Shown: positions 15,485 to 30,624 of the stretch, in pieces
Layout: every line of letters begins with the position of its first letter
How positions within the stretch are numbered: position 1 is the stretch's first letter
Source: Octopus vulgaris
Lineage: Eukaryota
Assembly: GCA_951406725.2 (NCBI GenBank)
Contig: OX597816.1
Span: 148,056,001-148,120,000, forward strand
DNA length: 64,000 bases
Reading direction: 5' to 3'
Position numbers and translations under genes: made by a program
Notes under the pieces: generated by a model
Told to the model about the DNA's origin: nothing
Databases searched by the model: none
The model's input: only the letters and a program-made list of their open reading frames with translations

Positions 15485-16249
15485 TATACATATATAGATA
15501 TACATCCGTGTGTGTTTGAGCGTCTGTGTATGTTTTACTTATACACACACATACATACATATGTCGTTTTTCTTAAGTGTCAAAAATTCATAGCTAATTA
15601 TAGGAAAAGAAACATTAATTAAATTTCATTGACAATGTCAATTGGAGAGTGAAATGTAATTGTCTGCCACTGGAACTATTCCAAAACATCAAATTAAAAA
15701 AATGGGCCGCTTTTGACCAAACAGACCCAACTGTTTCATTTGTTCGCAACACGTTTGGGAATCGGGTCCCCGTGTATTGTTTATGGTCGTATTAAATAAA
15801 CCATATCGATTTGCTTCACTTTGATTATATGAAAACGAAGTTTGAAGAGGTGTCTGGCTTTATAATTAGATTCTACACTAGCAATACGATTAACCTATGA
15901 GATACCCTTAAAATTAATGCCAATGCAAAGTTGGTTGGGTTGATTGAATCAATACTCCAACGAACGAAATTCATTGCAATACTTCGATATAACCTTTAAT
16001 ATTCTCATTTCAAACCTATACTAACTTCGCCTTTCACTTTTCCAGCGATGTTATAATAAGCACTTTCCGGGTACTGGGTTTTACCGTATATACCTTTTCA
16101 CCACTATGATATATATTCAGCACTTCCCATTGTTAGTAACATATGGCCTTGGCATTGTAAGTAACAAAGAATGAACAAGTAAACAACAGGTAACGGTTGC
16201 AGTTGTTTGCCCGTTCGTAATTTCTTTCTACTGTATGCTCACACATTAT

Positions 16250-16482
16250 TATGGCTGTCCCCTCGTTATCGAGTATGGCCATTGCACGAAGCAATGTTAC
16301 TGGTGCTGTGATCGAATGTGACTTTTTAACCCAGCTAAAGATCTACAATGTATTGTACAGAATTGGCAACTAATATCTTTACCGGTGATAGCCGGCTGTA
16401 GTTGTAACTGGGCTTTATGTACCTTTGCATGTCGTTTAAGTCCTCCTGTCGAATTATACTCTCTTCCACATGCCCGACAGAT
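16250..16482 (-). mobile_element. RTE LINE 3' end with two C2H2 zinc fingers and 3' UTR
   Basis: CRACGREYNSTGGLKRHAKVH..CQFCTIHCRSLAGLKSHIRSQHQ*; tail gcaatggccatactcgataacgagggg shared with 32754-32787. Confidence 0.75.
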
Positions 16483-17035
16483 ATGATACATACATACATG
16501 CATACATACATACATACATACATACATACATACATACATGCATACATGCATACATACATACATACATACATACATACATACATACATACATACATACATA
16601 CATACACGCACTCACACACAGGCTCCCTTAGCAACCGATATAATAACAGGCAGCTACTTAAATAAAACTTCGACGAAATATATAGTTTTATGAAATATTC
16701 TTTTCCTGTCTTTTTCCCAAATACTTTCCACAGTTTTCGAGATTTAACGAAGAAACAAAAGTATGATTGACTTAATATCAGTAAACGTAGCTATTTGTTC
16801 TATGTTTCGGAATAAATTGCTGGTTACTTACTTGTTTGATATTTCGAGAAAATCATTTATGTTTACATCAATTGTTGACTCTAGAATTTCACCCTAAGCT
16901 AATACCACAGCCTAGATGCCAGTTTTCACTGACTTCTATAATTGCTTTCAGTTCACTGTCTTGTTTGATGTCTTATAAGCCACTTTAACTAATTTGTGCC
17001 CAGGCGCACACACACAAACACACACACACACACAT

Positions 17036-17576
<541 letters not shown>

Positions 17577-17769
17577 TATAAAGTGATTGGGTTTAATGAC
17601 TATCCAGTAGTAGATGCAAATCATAGCCACATAGGAACACGATGCAGTCATGGGTCCCTTCGAAACGCGCCATGTCCAACCTACCATCCAGCAGGGATGC
17701 TAGGTCAGACGAATATAAATTATTGCTTGGCAAACTACACGTACAGTATTAATATTTTTTTTCGGCTAA

Positions 17770-17985
17770 AGGCTGTGAGCTGGAAGGTCGTTAGCACGCC
17801 CGGAAAAATGCTTAACGGTATTTTGTCCGTCTTTTATGTTTTGAATTCAAATTCTGCTGAGGTTCAGTTTGTATTTCATCCTTTCGCAATCGATAAAATT
17901 AAGTACCAATTGAGCACTGGGGTGGCTATAATCAACTTATCCCCAACACCGAAATTGCTGGCCTTGTACCAAAATTTGAAACCTA
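17770..17985 (+). mobile_element. SINE (family 2, Nin-domain-like centre)
   Basis: gaattcaaattc B-box-like motif then tttcatcctttc..tcgataaaattaagtacca; decayed homologs at ~29380-29560 (-), ~50940-51140 (-) and ~1340-1490 (+). Confidence 0.65.
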
Positions 17986-19470
17986 TATTATATTTCATGT
18001 TATATTCTTTCCTTTTTTTTTAATATAGAAATATCGAGCAACACGTTATTAAGATAGCTTCCTATCATTTCTTGTGTTCGTTCCCCATGTCGCAGTTATT
18101 AAAGAGCTCGAACAATGAAATATAGCGCGACTGTCAATTAGTTTTAATCTATTGCTTTCAATAATTTTCCACTTGCCCTTTTAAATATAATCGACAAATT
18201 CTGAACGATAGATAGTTTTGTCTGTGTTTTATTGCTTTTATTTTTTTTTTTTTGAGAAATAATCTTTAATTTTATTTTGTATTTGTTGCAGCTTCTTTAT
18301 AATTCGTTCAACTGTCTGACTTTATACGCATTTAATGAACAATATGTACCGATGCCAACGAAAGTATTGTGGAGAAGCAAATTAAATAACGACTAAGTTA
18401 TATCAATTTAATCGCAAAAAAAAATACGAAAGTGGAAGAAACTCCAAAGCAATGAAAAACAAAAGGAAAGGAAACGTAATCACAAATACAGAAAAAATCA
18501 CAAGAGAAGAATAACATACACAACGATAAAGGAACAAAAAAAAATCTATAAAAAAAAACAGTCTCAAAGCAAATTTTCACATGAACATATCTTTTCCTTT
18601 TAGACGTCAGCGTCTTAAAAAAGAGGAAAAAGGAAAAATACACAAAAAAAGGAGAAACACGAAAAAGATAGAGACGAGTAGCAACAGCAACAACACCAAC
18701 AACACAATGACTAGTTCGAATATGAATCGATATTCGTCAATCAAGAAATTACTATTAAAGAAAACAAGTATTAATTTTTTTCTCTCACAAAAAGTAATTT
18801 TAAAAAACAAATAGAAAAATGAAATTACAAATAGAGTAATTAAATTGTTTCTCTTTACATGCAACATATTGTTTTTGAATATTGAACTTCTTTTTCTTTC
18901 GTGTGAAATCAATGATGTAACTTATATGAAATAAAGAGGAGGGAAAGGAAAATAAAATACAGAAAACTCTGAACTCTAATGGCTGACTGATCAAAGATGA
19001 CTGAATAACACTTAAGATAAAGCGTTTGTGCGAAGGGCTCATTTAAATATTTAATGAATAAAAAAAAAAGGAATTTAAGCGTATGAATGATATTTTTCTG
19101 CTTCTTTTGTGAGGTGGTAGAGTATGATGACTTCTTTGTACATGATATATTCAACGTTTAATCGACTTTGACACACCAGCCACAAAAGTAAAGTCAAAGA
19201 ATAATCATAGCCTGAACAAGCTAAACAACATAATTGGTGTATTTTCCATGAAATCCGGGAAATAGGTCGCTACCATTGGCTTTCTCTGACTCGACGCAAT
19301 TAAACATCTAAAGCGAAGAGGACGCTCTTTGACTGTATTTTACCCATTTGTCATTAACAGTCAGATCGGTCCACTCCATGTTACCAGTAGATAGATACAT
19401 GAAATAGTCTGTTAGAAAGTCAAGGTTCTAGACATGAACAGGCAGGTATAAATAAAATTGTATTATATAC

Positions 19471-20118
19471 ATATGAGAGGATGTTTGGTTGTTTGCTGAA
19501 TTTTTCATGAGAACATTTCTTAGTGGTAAAACTATAGCGGATCTACTTCTAGCATAAGGGTGTCCATATAGTGGTTATCCCTCTCCTATGTATATAATAC
19601 AATTTTACTGAACCTTTAGTTTTTTTATTTGCTAGACCACTAGTGTGAAACTGATGTTAATTAAATTAATATCAAATTTCTCACCCTCATTTTCAATTTA
19701 ATTTTTAATTCATACGTTCTTTAACCGGCAAAGGCCACTGCAGTACATTATTTTCTGCAGTATCATTTTTTCCGATAATTTAGCGCGCCAAAACGAGGAC
19801 ATTTGAATAGTAACCACGAGCGTAATGAGTAGAACTATTTACAGATCTGACTTTTGCGGACGTCCTAGTATACAGTTCTGCAAATTATATTCATTTGGAC
19901 GGTCACACCAAAGATCTACAGACATCTTACGTAAGTAAAATTACGTAATATGGCAATAGTGAAACATGTATGTGAATAATCCATATTTTTATTGCTTTCC
20001 TTTTGTCTTGCTCGATTACATTTTGGTTGTTTGCTGAATTTTTCATGAGAACATTTCTTAGTGGTAAGACCATAGCGGATCTACTTCTAGCATAAGGGTG
20101 TCCACATAGCGGTTATCC

Positions 20119-20128
<10 letters not shown>
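19471..20128 (+). mobile_element. Family C hammerhead element, partial tandem (pseudo-LTR) with 538-bp period
   Basis: ~102-bp direct repeat starting at 19484 and 20022; 5' ~12 bp is an inverted copy of the 3' end; decayed hammerhead at 19903-19975; ends in (TA)n. Confidence 0.8.
19903..19975 (+). ncRNA. Decayed type I hammerhead
   Basis: Stem I TCACA/TGTGA; core CCAAAGA (G5 lost); stem II CTA/TAG with internal TTACGTAA hairpin; GAAA; palindromic stem III ACATGT; GUA. Confidence 0.6.
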
Positions 20129-20159
<31 letters not shown>

Positions 20160-20298
20160 TGTGTTACGAAATACAATGCAGAGCTCGTACCAGTTCACGA
20201 TACCAGATTACTTGAATCTACTTTTTACGGCTATTTATATTTCCTTATTTTAAATAATTTTAACGATTTGCAGAGAACTACGCTCTCTATACGTATTG

Positions 20299-20354
<56 letters not shown>

Positions 20355-20359
<5 letters not shown>

Positions 20360-20570
20360 TGGATCTCTTCCTGTCAGATGTCCCAGATGAACCAACTTCA
20401 CGGCAGGAGGTGCAGATTAGGGCAGCTGCATCGAACTCTCTCATGCACCAAATGGCAATTGCTAAAAAGCATTCGTGAAGTAAAATCATGTAGCAACACC
20501 AAATGGCGGTGCCCCAGCACGGCCACGGCTCGTGAGCTGAAACTAGATAAAATAAAATAAATAAAATAAA
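20355..20570 (+). mobile_element. CR1-like LINE 3' terminus (5'-truncated)
   Basis: KLDLFLSDVPDEPT..RAAASNSL C-terminal motif, short 3' UTR, (AAAAT)n tail. Confidence 0.75.
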
Positions 20571-21432
20571 ATATTCATATATATATGGTTGTGCAATATC
20601 ACGGTATACACCGCCTAGATTCTACGACTAGGAATACCTCCTTCAATCATATAATAATTAAACTAACTGATATCCCTTTCAACGACATCAAGTCAAAATA
20701 TAAGCATCCATTTTAGTCATAAACTGTTGGGTTCCTGCACTTGTACCGGTCACTTGACTGGAAACCGTTTCTAATCTGCTGATTGCTTGTTATACAAAGA
20801 TAAAAATATTTCATAATGAAAATATAAAATAAATTCATGATTATGAAGTTTGCAGAGAATCAGTGTAAATATCTCTAACTCGAGACTGAATGATGGACTG
20901 CTCTCTGTGTTGTAATGAGCAATACAGTCATCTCCCAAGAGATAGATGCTTAGTAACAAACCAATCTTTTGTCCTGCTTTCCTTTCTCTTTCAAATTAGT
21001 ATATATAATATATATCAACATTTTATGTTGAAAATTCATATCAAAGTAAACATTGATATGGAGTTTAGGATGCCTTGCAATGATGTGTATGTTACTCACT
21101 AATTTTGTATTGAGATGAAACAAAATAGCAGTCAAAATAAACGACGGCACGTGACCAAGTGGTTAGGATGTTGACTCACAATCGTAACATAGGATTTAAT
21201 TTCCAGTTTATACATATATATAACCCACAAGTTACGTGTAGGATTGAAGCAGCAGTTGAACAATCATAAAAAGCAAGCGCAATATTGAGCCATAATTGAA
21301 ATGAGACATTGCTGCAGTATTTACGATCAGCTCCTCAAATGTGTGTCATTTAAGATATCAAGCTAGAACACAGCACTGATGGGTACAAGATGCCAAGCTC
21401 TGCAAGAGCCATCTTGTATATGTATGTATTCG

Positions 21433-21470
<38 letters not shown>

Positions 21471-21929
21471 ATGAAAGGTTACTCTAGTGTGGTGATGGAA
21501 CAAGTTGGATAACTGGTTTTTTAGAAGAATATAGCCGTGTTGATCCAACATTATAATCTCCAACACCAATAACAAAAATATTGAACGTTATCTTAGAAAT
21601 ATTTAATTAGCACTGATAGTTCAACTGAAATATCCTATTCAATACGTTAAGAAAAAGAGCAAGTAATTCGTCCGCGAGATAAGCATGGTATGGTCTGTCA
21701 AGTTAACGGAAATATATGTCTCTTACTTCTCGCTTAACAGGCTTATTTTAGTCGAGATTTTTGCAGTAATTTAATTTTCATAATCCGATATTTCAATATT
21801 TTGCTATTTAGAATTCAATATGTACTGTTCTAGCTTTCTGTAGCATATTGACAGTATCTATGTATGTGTGTGTATATGTAGAGAGAGAGAGAGAGAGAGA
21901 GTGAGATTGAAAGATGTGCACGAGTGTGT

Positions 21930-21972
<43 letters not shown>

Positions 21973-23289
21973 TGGATATAAGAAAAGGAAAACTGTGTGG
22001 TTAAGATGCTTGTTTTGGAACTACGCGGTTTTGGGTTTAGTCCTATTAGTCTTAAGAGCAGTACGTGCAGCACCCACATATTTCAAAGGTGAAGGCATCC
22101 TGTATTGTGACCTGGTCTTGTGCCCTTGTTGATCGAGAAGGAAATGTTTGTCTGCTCAGGGACAGATTTCCCTGGCCTTCGGATGAGTGAAACGCGTACC
22201 ACTCACATTAGACTTGTCTACGTGCATCCTTTGCATAAAACGTGAAGATCATTTTAGCATTGTTTTTTTTTTTCAGAATTTTGTTTTGTGAGTTCTACTT
22301 CTTTTTGTTTCTGCACTCACTTTGAACTTATGGCCTTCTTCTGGTTGCTTACTTCCTTGTGTCTTCATCTTTGGTGTATTCTGTATTTCTTGTTGGACAT
22401 TTGCTTTGCTGCTATTGATCTCGTTTGGCTCACAGTTATCCAGAATGATGATATCTATTTTATTGTTTATCTCATACTAAGTTACCTTGATCCTTCTTGG
22501 ATTCCATTGAGTTAGTTGAGAGCGTGTCACTGGTTTCGTTCTCTTTTTTTTTATTGTTTAATCCTCCTCTTTGAATATAGTGTGTAACAACTTAAAGTGA
22601 GGTTTAATTAAGACATACGAACGAATGAATTCTTTTTTTTTTCCTTTCGATTTGAGCCATAGTTCGGTGAAAACCAAAGTTCTTCAGGAACTCTGCAATT
22701 ATGGAAGGCCATAAACTCAAGTATTTGGTGGTGACCCTTCTGCTAAGTTCCATTCAAGAGGTATTGTTTTTATTTTCTAAAACTGCCAGTTTCTTTGTAT
22801 TTTAAATGTAATGCAGTCTCTGGTGTAGTTGGCTTTGATGAGGTCCATGAAGATGAGATAAGGATGAAGAAGTAGAGTTAGATATGCAGAGAGAGGGGTA
22901 GAAAGAGAGAAGGACGTAAAGGTAGTCAAGTAAAGCGGAGAGAGGAGAGAGAGAGAGAAGAACCTAAACTGAGATGAAGGGCCAGAGAGAAAAATGAGGA
23001 GAGAAGGACTTAAAGGTAATCAGGAAATGTAGAGGTAGAAGTTGAGATAAAGAGAGTGAGAGATCGATGGGAATGGAAATGCAGAAACAGCAAGCGAGAA
23101 AATGTGGAGATGAAACAAACAGAGAAGTAAATCGACATAATAAAAAATACAGAAATAGAGGGTTCCATATCAATAAGGAGTGGTCAATGTAGATATAAAT
23201 GAAGACGTATAAAAAGAGGGGGAGATGGGGAGATAAAAAATACTGAGAAGGGTAAAGAAATATATCAATATAATATATTGGTATGTAGA

Positions 23290-23580
23290 GGCGCAATGAC
23301 CCAGTTGTTAGGGTAGCGGTCTCGTGGTCGGAGGATCGCGGTTTCGATTCCCATACCGGGCGCTGTGTGTGTTATTGAGCAAAAACGCCTAAAAGCTCCG
23401 CGAGGCTCCGGCAGGGGGTGGTGGCGACCCTTGTTGTACTCTTTCGCCACAACTTTCTCTCTTCCTGTTTCTTGAGTAACGCTGCGATGGACTGGCGTGC
23501 CGTCCAGCTGGAGGGAAAAGATACGCCACAGAAACCGGGAGACCGGGCCCATGAGTCTGGTTAGGCATGAGAAGGGCGAC
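23290..23580 (+). mobile_element. tRNA-derived SINE (family 3)
   Basis: A-box-like tgacccagttg and B box gtttcgattcc; conserved SINE-type block gcgatggactggcgtgccgtccag..gaaaccggga. Confidence 0.8.
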
Positions 23581-24150
23581 GAGAAATGTATTGGTATAGA
23601 GACTGCAATAAAAATTCAATCCAACCTTAAATGCGTGATAATGAAAAAAAGAATTCATCAGCATGTCTCCAAGAAGACAGTGAAAAGAGAGAATGTGTAA
23701 TTGGCCAGCTTAAATTATCTTACCCACGTTATTTGTTATAGAAAATGTAAACAAACATCAGATTTCAGAAATTCTTGAATTTGATATTCGAGTAATCTAC
23801 AAAATTGCATTGGTTCATATACTTCGATTCTTACGACTGTAATTTCTCAGAGAAAAATACGATTAACGTAGATATTAAGTGGTATTTATTCAAGTGCGTA
23901 GTGAGTCGGCCTTAATCTTCCAACATCGAAAAATTACTTTCAGCTGCGTAAAGATTGAACGAATTAAAATATTTTTTTAATTATGGTATAATGGCATATT
24001 GGTAGTAATGTATTTAAACCAGAAACCAATTTGATATCAGTTCAATTAGACCTAATTGGAGTCTTTCAAGGTTTCTCAGAGGCTTAACTTCACACGTTTT
24101 AACAAGCAGGCGCCATGTTTATTTATGCATATACATACACACACACACGT

Positions 24151-24215
<65 letters not shown>

Positions 24216-24368
24216 TACATACATGCATACATATATATATTACATAAATATATATTATATACACATATATGTATATATTATAAATATATATATATGTGTA
24301 TATATGTATAGATATATATATATATATGTGGGGGGGTGTATGTATATATATATATATATATATATATA

Positions 24369-24503
24369 GGTGCAAGAATGCCTGTGAGGTAAGAAGCTTG
24401 CAGTCCTGCTGTGTGGAACCTTGGGCAAGTGTCTTCTGATAAAACCTCAGTCCGAACAAAACTTTGTGAGTGGCTTTGGTAGACGGAAACTGAAACAAAT
24501 CCG

Positions 24504-24554
<51 letters not shown>

Positions 24555-24755
24555 GTTTGTGTCTGATTTGTCCCCTACTATCGCTTGACAACCGACGTTG
24601 ATGTGTTTACATTCCCGTCAGTTAGCAATTTGGCAAAAAGCGACCGATTGAATAAGTACTGGACTTACAAAAAATAATTCTTGGGGTCGATTTATTCGAC
24701 TAAAAGGTGGTGTTCCAGCATGGCCGCACTCAAATGACTGAAACTAGTAAAAGAG
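24369..24755 (+). mobile_element. tRNA-derived SINE (family 1), head partly deleted
   Basis: ccttgggcaagtgtcttct core, internal (GT)n, ccagcatggccgca..actgaaactagtaaaaga tail. Confidence 0.85.
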
Positions 24756-24763
24756 CGGAGTAT

Positions 24764-24795
<32 letters not shown>

Positions 24796-24796
24796 G

Positions 24797-24840
<44 letters not shown>

Positions 24841-24842
<2 letters not shown>

Positions 24843-25175
24843 GGTTGTATACTGTCAATCTAACAAGAACGTGACAGTAGGGGGTACACCACCGTTATAT
24901 AGCCCTAGGAGGCATCGAACGCCTCCTGACAGCTTCGACACATTTTATCCTGTGTCCTTATATACACATACGAAGGGGAGACAAACACCCCCAACCGCCG
25001 GAACTGCATATAGGGACACCGTGTTTCAGGAGCTGTTAGGAGGCGTTCGATGCCTCCTAGGGCTATATAACGGTGGTGTACCCCCTACTGTCACGTTCTT
25101 GTTAGATTGACAGTATACAACCATTATATCGCTCCACCACCGTACACCTCTCTACGAGAGATTTAGAAACTCAAT

Positions 25176-25180
<5 letters not shown>
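24841..25180. mobile_element. Subfamily A retrozyme-like element as a fold-back in (TA)n
   Basis: 94-bp inverted arms at 24841-24934 and 25031-25124 (1 mismatch); 3' half of a hammerhead (GAAA-CACGGTG-TC) on the minus strand at ~25009-25030; homologous to 35362-36120. Confidence 0.85.
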
Positions 25181-25244
<64 letters not shown>

Positions 25245-26573
25245 TATACCTACATACATACACACAAGCAAAAATACCCTGTTGTTGATGTTGAAATTCT
25301 TCCAGTGAAGGAGGTTAGAAACCGATTCTTATATATGTATGTACACGTATGTATGTATGCATGTATGTATGTGCAGATTTGTATGTTTTATGTTTGTGTT
25401 CTCATGCATATAGTTGCATATCTAGACATCCTCATATATATGGTTTTACAGATTTTTACAGTTCTAGTGATGGATTGCATCAGTTGACTTCGAATTAGCT
25501 TTCTCCTTTCTGGTTTTCAGAAGCCTAATTTCTCAAAATTGGTATTAAGGCGGTATGTTACATATATAGCACGTCCCCAATAATTACAGGTATAAACCTG
25601 AACTTCTAATCTGGATAGAGTAACTGCAGATTTCTCAATAGTTCAGGATAGATGTTCTCTTTTTCACGGATCTTCAGCTTTATATTAACATCCGCTGGGC
25701 AGCTAATTTCCACAATTGTGATCAGTTTTGGAATTTCAACATCAACAACAGGGTATTTTTGTATGCATGCATGTGTGCATGTATGTATGTATGTGGAGAT
25801 TTGTATGTCTTATGTAAGTATTCTTATGCATAAAGTTGTATATCTAGACATGCATGTATGCATGCATGCACGTATGTATGTATGTATATGTGAAGGTATA
25901 TCTCTTCTGTTTTTAATTATTTAAATTCATCCTCTGAAGAAGGAGACGGTTTCGAACAAAGATACAAAGCTCCATTTTCGGAATGTCACATTTGAAACCT
26001 GAGAAAAGTGTTGCATAATTTTACAATCCCGCTTACAGATTGTATTTGTAATGTGCAAATCGGTTGGTTTCTTTTTTCTGACAATCTATGCTTCTCTAGA
26101 ATGTTGGTTAAGCACATACTTACAAAACCAAGTGCTCCAATTATTTGTGATATAAATGTAAATGTGTAACCCGGATATCTGTATGCGTATGTGTGCGTGT
26201 GTCTGTGTTCAACAAATGAAATCAAGCAACATAACTCTAGAACGCAATTATTCTATAAAGAATAGGAGGAACTGAGTTATCCGATGGAGATGGTCTCTTC
26301 AAAGGATATGTTGCTAATAGTAAACAGCATTGACCAGTATTTACTTTGCGATGATATATCATTGATAGCAGAATCTATATTAACCATTTTCTACTTTAGC
26401 TTTATTGATGGGGTGGATACTTATGATCCATTGCTTGCATTCAACTTACATTTTCAGCAAGCCACGACCCTCAAAACATTGAAGCCGCTGTCAATAAAAC
26501 TATATTGAACATTAGATATATTACACATTTCATGTTCTTCATGCAGGCAAAGTTCTTTAGGAAACAATTTCAA

Positions 26574-26717
<144 letters not shown>

Positions 26718-27225
26718 ATGTGTGTGTGCGTATGCATTTATGTATATAATATATGTATCCCCCTCTTTTTCACTATGTACACACGCACAAACACACATGT
26801 ATATATATATATATATGCGTACATACTACTCACTTTCTATTCCTTCCTCTCTCTATAAATAAATATGAATATAACATTGTGTGTGTGTGTTTGGGTATAT
26901 ACATATGTATGTATGCATGTATGTATACTATCCTTTATGCCCGATACGATCCGTATTTGTTATTAAAAACAAGGTGTTCAACGCATTGTGTATATACAAA
27001 TATATATATGCCCTTACATTTACGTTGCATACATATATTTGTAAATGCTTATATGTAGTCATATAGATCCATACATAACACATAAATATATGCGTATATG
27101 TATACAAGTATCAATGCATATATACACACAAACACACACGCTCACACACATACACACTCATACATAAATACCCACTCACACGCACAAAAATTCATAGTGA
27201 GAGAGGTAGACAGACAGCTAAGTAA

Positions 27226-27291
<66 letters not shown>

Positions 27292-28151
27292 GTATACATA
27301 TGTGCATACAACAGACACACATACACATATATATATACGCATATAAGTATGTATGTATGTATGTATGTATGTATGTATGTATGTATGTATGTATGTATAT
27401 ACGTATGTATGTATGTATGTATGCATGCATGTATGTGCATTTCGGAGAGGCAGACGTACAAATAATCACAAAAAATACATATACAAAGAATCGTTGTAGA
27501 TGTAAATGCTACTTGCACTGAATAGCCCTTTCTGTGTACGACCTGGTCAATTCTAATTGCAATGGAATTTGATCAAAGACATGGTAACCACAAAATGGCG
27601 GCTATGAAACACACTCGAGCACATCTTATATAGAATTTTATTGAACTTTACATTCCAACTAGAGATGGATGTTGTTGGTATCGCATAGCTTTGTGAAATG
27701 GAGGTTCATCAGTCGGTATTTAGTCATACTGATACACATATTTTTTTCTAACAAATCTTTTTATATTTCTCTCGTTCAATTTTGTTATCTTTCTATTACG
27801 TACATAGAGTGTCTCGGTTTTTTCTGCATTTCTTGCTCTCGCTTTCCTCTCCTTCGTACATTTTCCTGTAATCATCTCTTTCCCTCTCTCCGCTCCTCTT
27901 CGATTTTTTTACTGTTTTCGTTAAACATGATCTTACTGTTACTTCAGGTTTATCGACTAATCTATTAATCTGCCAATCTAAGTATTTGTATCGCTAACTG
28001 TCTGTCTGTATATATGCGCCAGTTTCAATGAATGTATGTATATATGTATATATATATATACACATATGTATATATACATATGTATGCACGCATGTATATT
28101 CGTGTATGTGTGTGTGTTTCTATGTATATATAAATATATATACACGCACAC

Positions 28152-28183
<32 letters not shown>

Positions 28184-28256
28184 ACATGTATGTGTATATG
28201 TCCATATGTATACGTTATATATATATCCATACATGTATATAGGTGTGTATATATGC

Positions 28257-28288
<32 letters not shown>

Positions 28289-28470
28289 TATATATATATA
28301 TATATACAGTCATATATATACATATATACACATAATATTTATATCTATAGATATATAGATAGATAGATAGATACATACATACATATATACATATATATCT
28401 ATATTTATCTATCTATACGTAAATCTAATATCTACACAGCCTTGTTTTTTTATCTCATTACGCAAAAAAT

Positions 28471-28506
<36 letters not shown>

Positions 28507-30357
28507 GTATGTAACAATGTATATATGTATATATCATTTTCCCAACTACTTAGTTATTTGTCTACTTTCACTATTCTATGTAAATCCATTTCTATGAATC
28601 TATTTTCCTGTTTCTCTTCGCAGTCTATCTCAGACTTAACATACCCGCATACACATACGCACATGCAAGCGCACACGTATGCAAACACGCAAAGATAAAC
28701 ATATACACACACACACACATATACACACACTCACATATACACACACACACGCACATATGCATGTAAATGTGATCAATTTACCTTTCACTTTACCATCTAT
28801 CTGTATATATTTCTAAATTTCTATCTCTTTTTACCTTTTATCAATTATTTTTTCTTTTTTCGTATGCTTGTCTGTCTGCTATATTTCGTTTTCTTATTTT
28901 GCCTTTTAGATGCTTTGTTATACGCAGGCATTATTCTTGAACGCTGAATAACACCAGCCCTAGGCTATCAATTATAATTACACTGACTACAATGCCGAAT
29001 AAAAAGACACACTTCCACCCTCAATATGGAAGTAATGGGAATCGAGTAAAATAAAATTTCGTGTGTGCGCTATTGTTGTTGCATATGTAAGATTATATGC
29101 GTATGCATATATGTATTTATATCTGAGAGTGAGAGAGTAAATGTGGGATTTAAATTTTCCTATTTTCAATAGATATTCGTTGCTGAACGAAACTTATCAC
29201 GATCGTTACGGAAGGTAAATACTAAATCTTGATCGCTATCTGTAGACATTTTATTTTTACCTATTTGCATTGAAAGCAACTTAGAGACAATAGAATTTCT
29301 TTTCCTGTGAAATATATCATATTATTTTCCTATGAAAAAAAAGCAAGTATTATTCATACCACTAATAATATTTTTAGTTCTGATTTAGGTAAGAGGCCAA
29401 TACTTTTGTTACTCGTTACAATCCAATAAAGTATTTATCGAACTGGAAAGGATGAATGGTAAATTTGACGCCGGCGTGATTTGAACTCAGAAACTAAAGT
29501 AATGGAATAAATACTACAAGTGATTTTCTAGGCGTTCTAACGATTCTGATTATCTGCCAAACTAATGCCAACTCTTGAATGATTGCATTCACAATAACTG
29601 CAAAATACTCAACTGAGTGCATTTCATTATTTCGTTTCTCATTTTTCTCGAATGATAATCACTAGTGATACCCTTCCGTTACATCTCATTGCACTTCTCT
29701 ACATGTCCTCCTCTTTAAAAACAAATTAATGAATAACGTTTTCTTACTCCAGTATAAGAGGAGATGATTTAAAATACTTTGATTGGTTCTATAATTTGAA
29801 TGTTTATCTCCGTTAAATTTAGAGTTACAAACATTTCTAAATTGCGTTTGTAGATTTTATTAATGGGAAGATACCAAGTCAACAAATTGACATATTACAG
29901 ATAGGAATATCATCTTTTTGTATTCTCTATGATACATATTTATATACATAACTATAATTGGATTGAACTTGGGCTATCGACAAAACTTAATACATTTCTT
30001 TGATTTATCCATATACCGCTTATACTGCATTGGGTTGCAGAAGTTGAAATTCCACTGGAAAAGATGTGCGGTAAAATCGTAATGTATTATTGGGGACTTG
30101 ACCATTCCATGTTTATAAATATTCTTAGTTCTCTACTGATGCATATTTTTATAACTATACATAACATTGCTTCATTACGGTAAACGCTTTGATTATGTGT
30201 TCGATTTAGGTCCACACTTACGATCGTTTAAGCTTATATTTAGAGTACACGAAAGTTGTAGCAGGTAGGTCAATATTATAGACACCAAAGAGCAATTATA
30301 TATAACTTCGAGATGTATTTTACCGAATCTCTTGCAGCGAGAAACAAGCCTCAACCA

Positions 30358-30415
<58 letters not shown>

Positions 30416-30624
30416 GTACTATGTATATATAGATATGTGCATATATATATCTATATATATATCTATATATATTTATATACATATATATGAATATATATAT
30501 GTATTTATATATATATATGTATGTAACATGTACATATATATATGTGCATATATATATGTACTAGCATTATGACCCGTCGTTGCCGGGTCATAGTGCTAGT
30601 GCATGTATATATGTCTATATATAT

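Noticed and set aside
16297-16482. C2H2 zinc-finger host gene exon
   Set aside because: Followed by a retroelement-type tail shared with another repeat; better explained as an RTE ORF end
22060-22850. Possible LINE relic on the minus strand
   Set aside because: Only a faint KAPGPD-like trace; too degraded to call
25925-25960. CTGAAGA followed by ttcgaa, hammerhead-like start
   Set aside because: No GAAA-stem III-NUH-stem I completion visible
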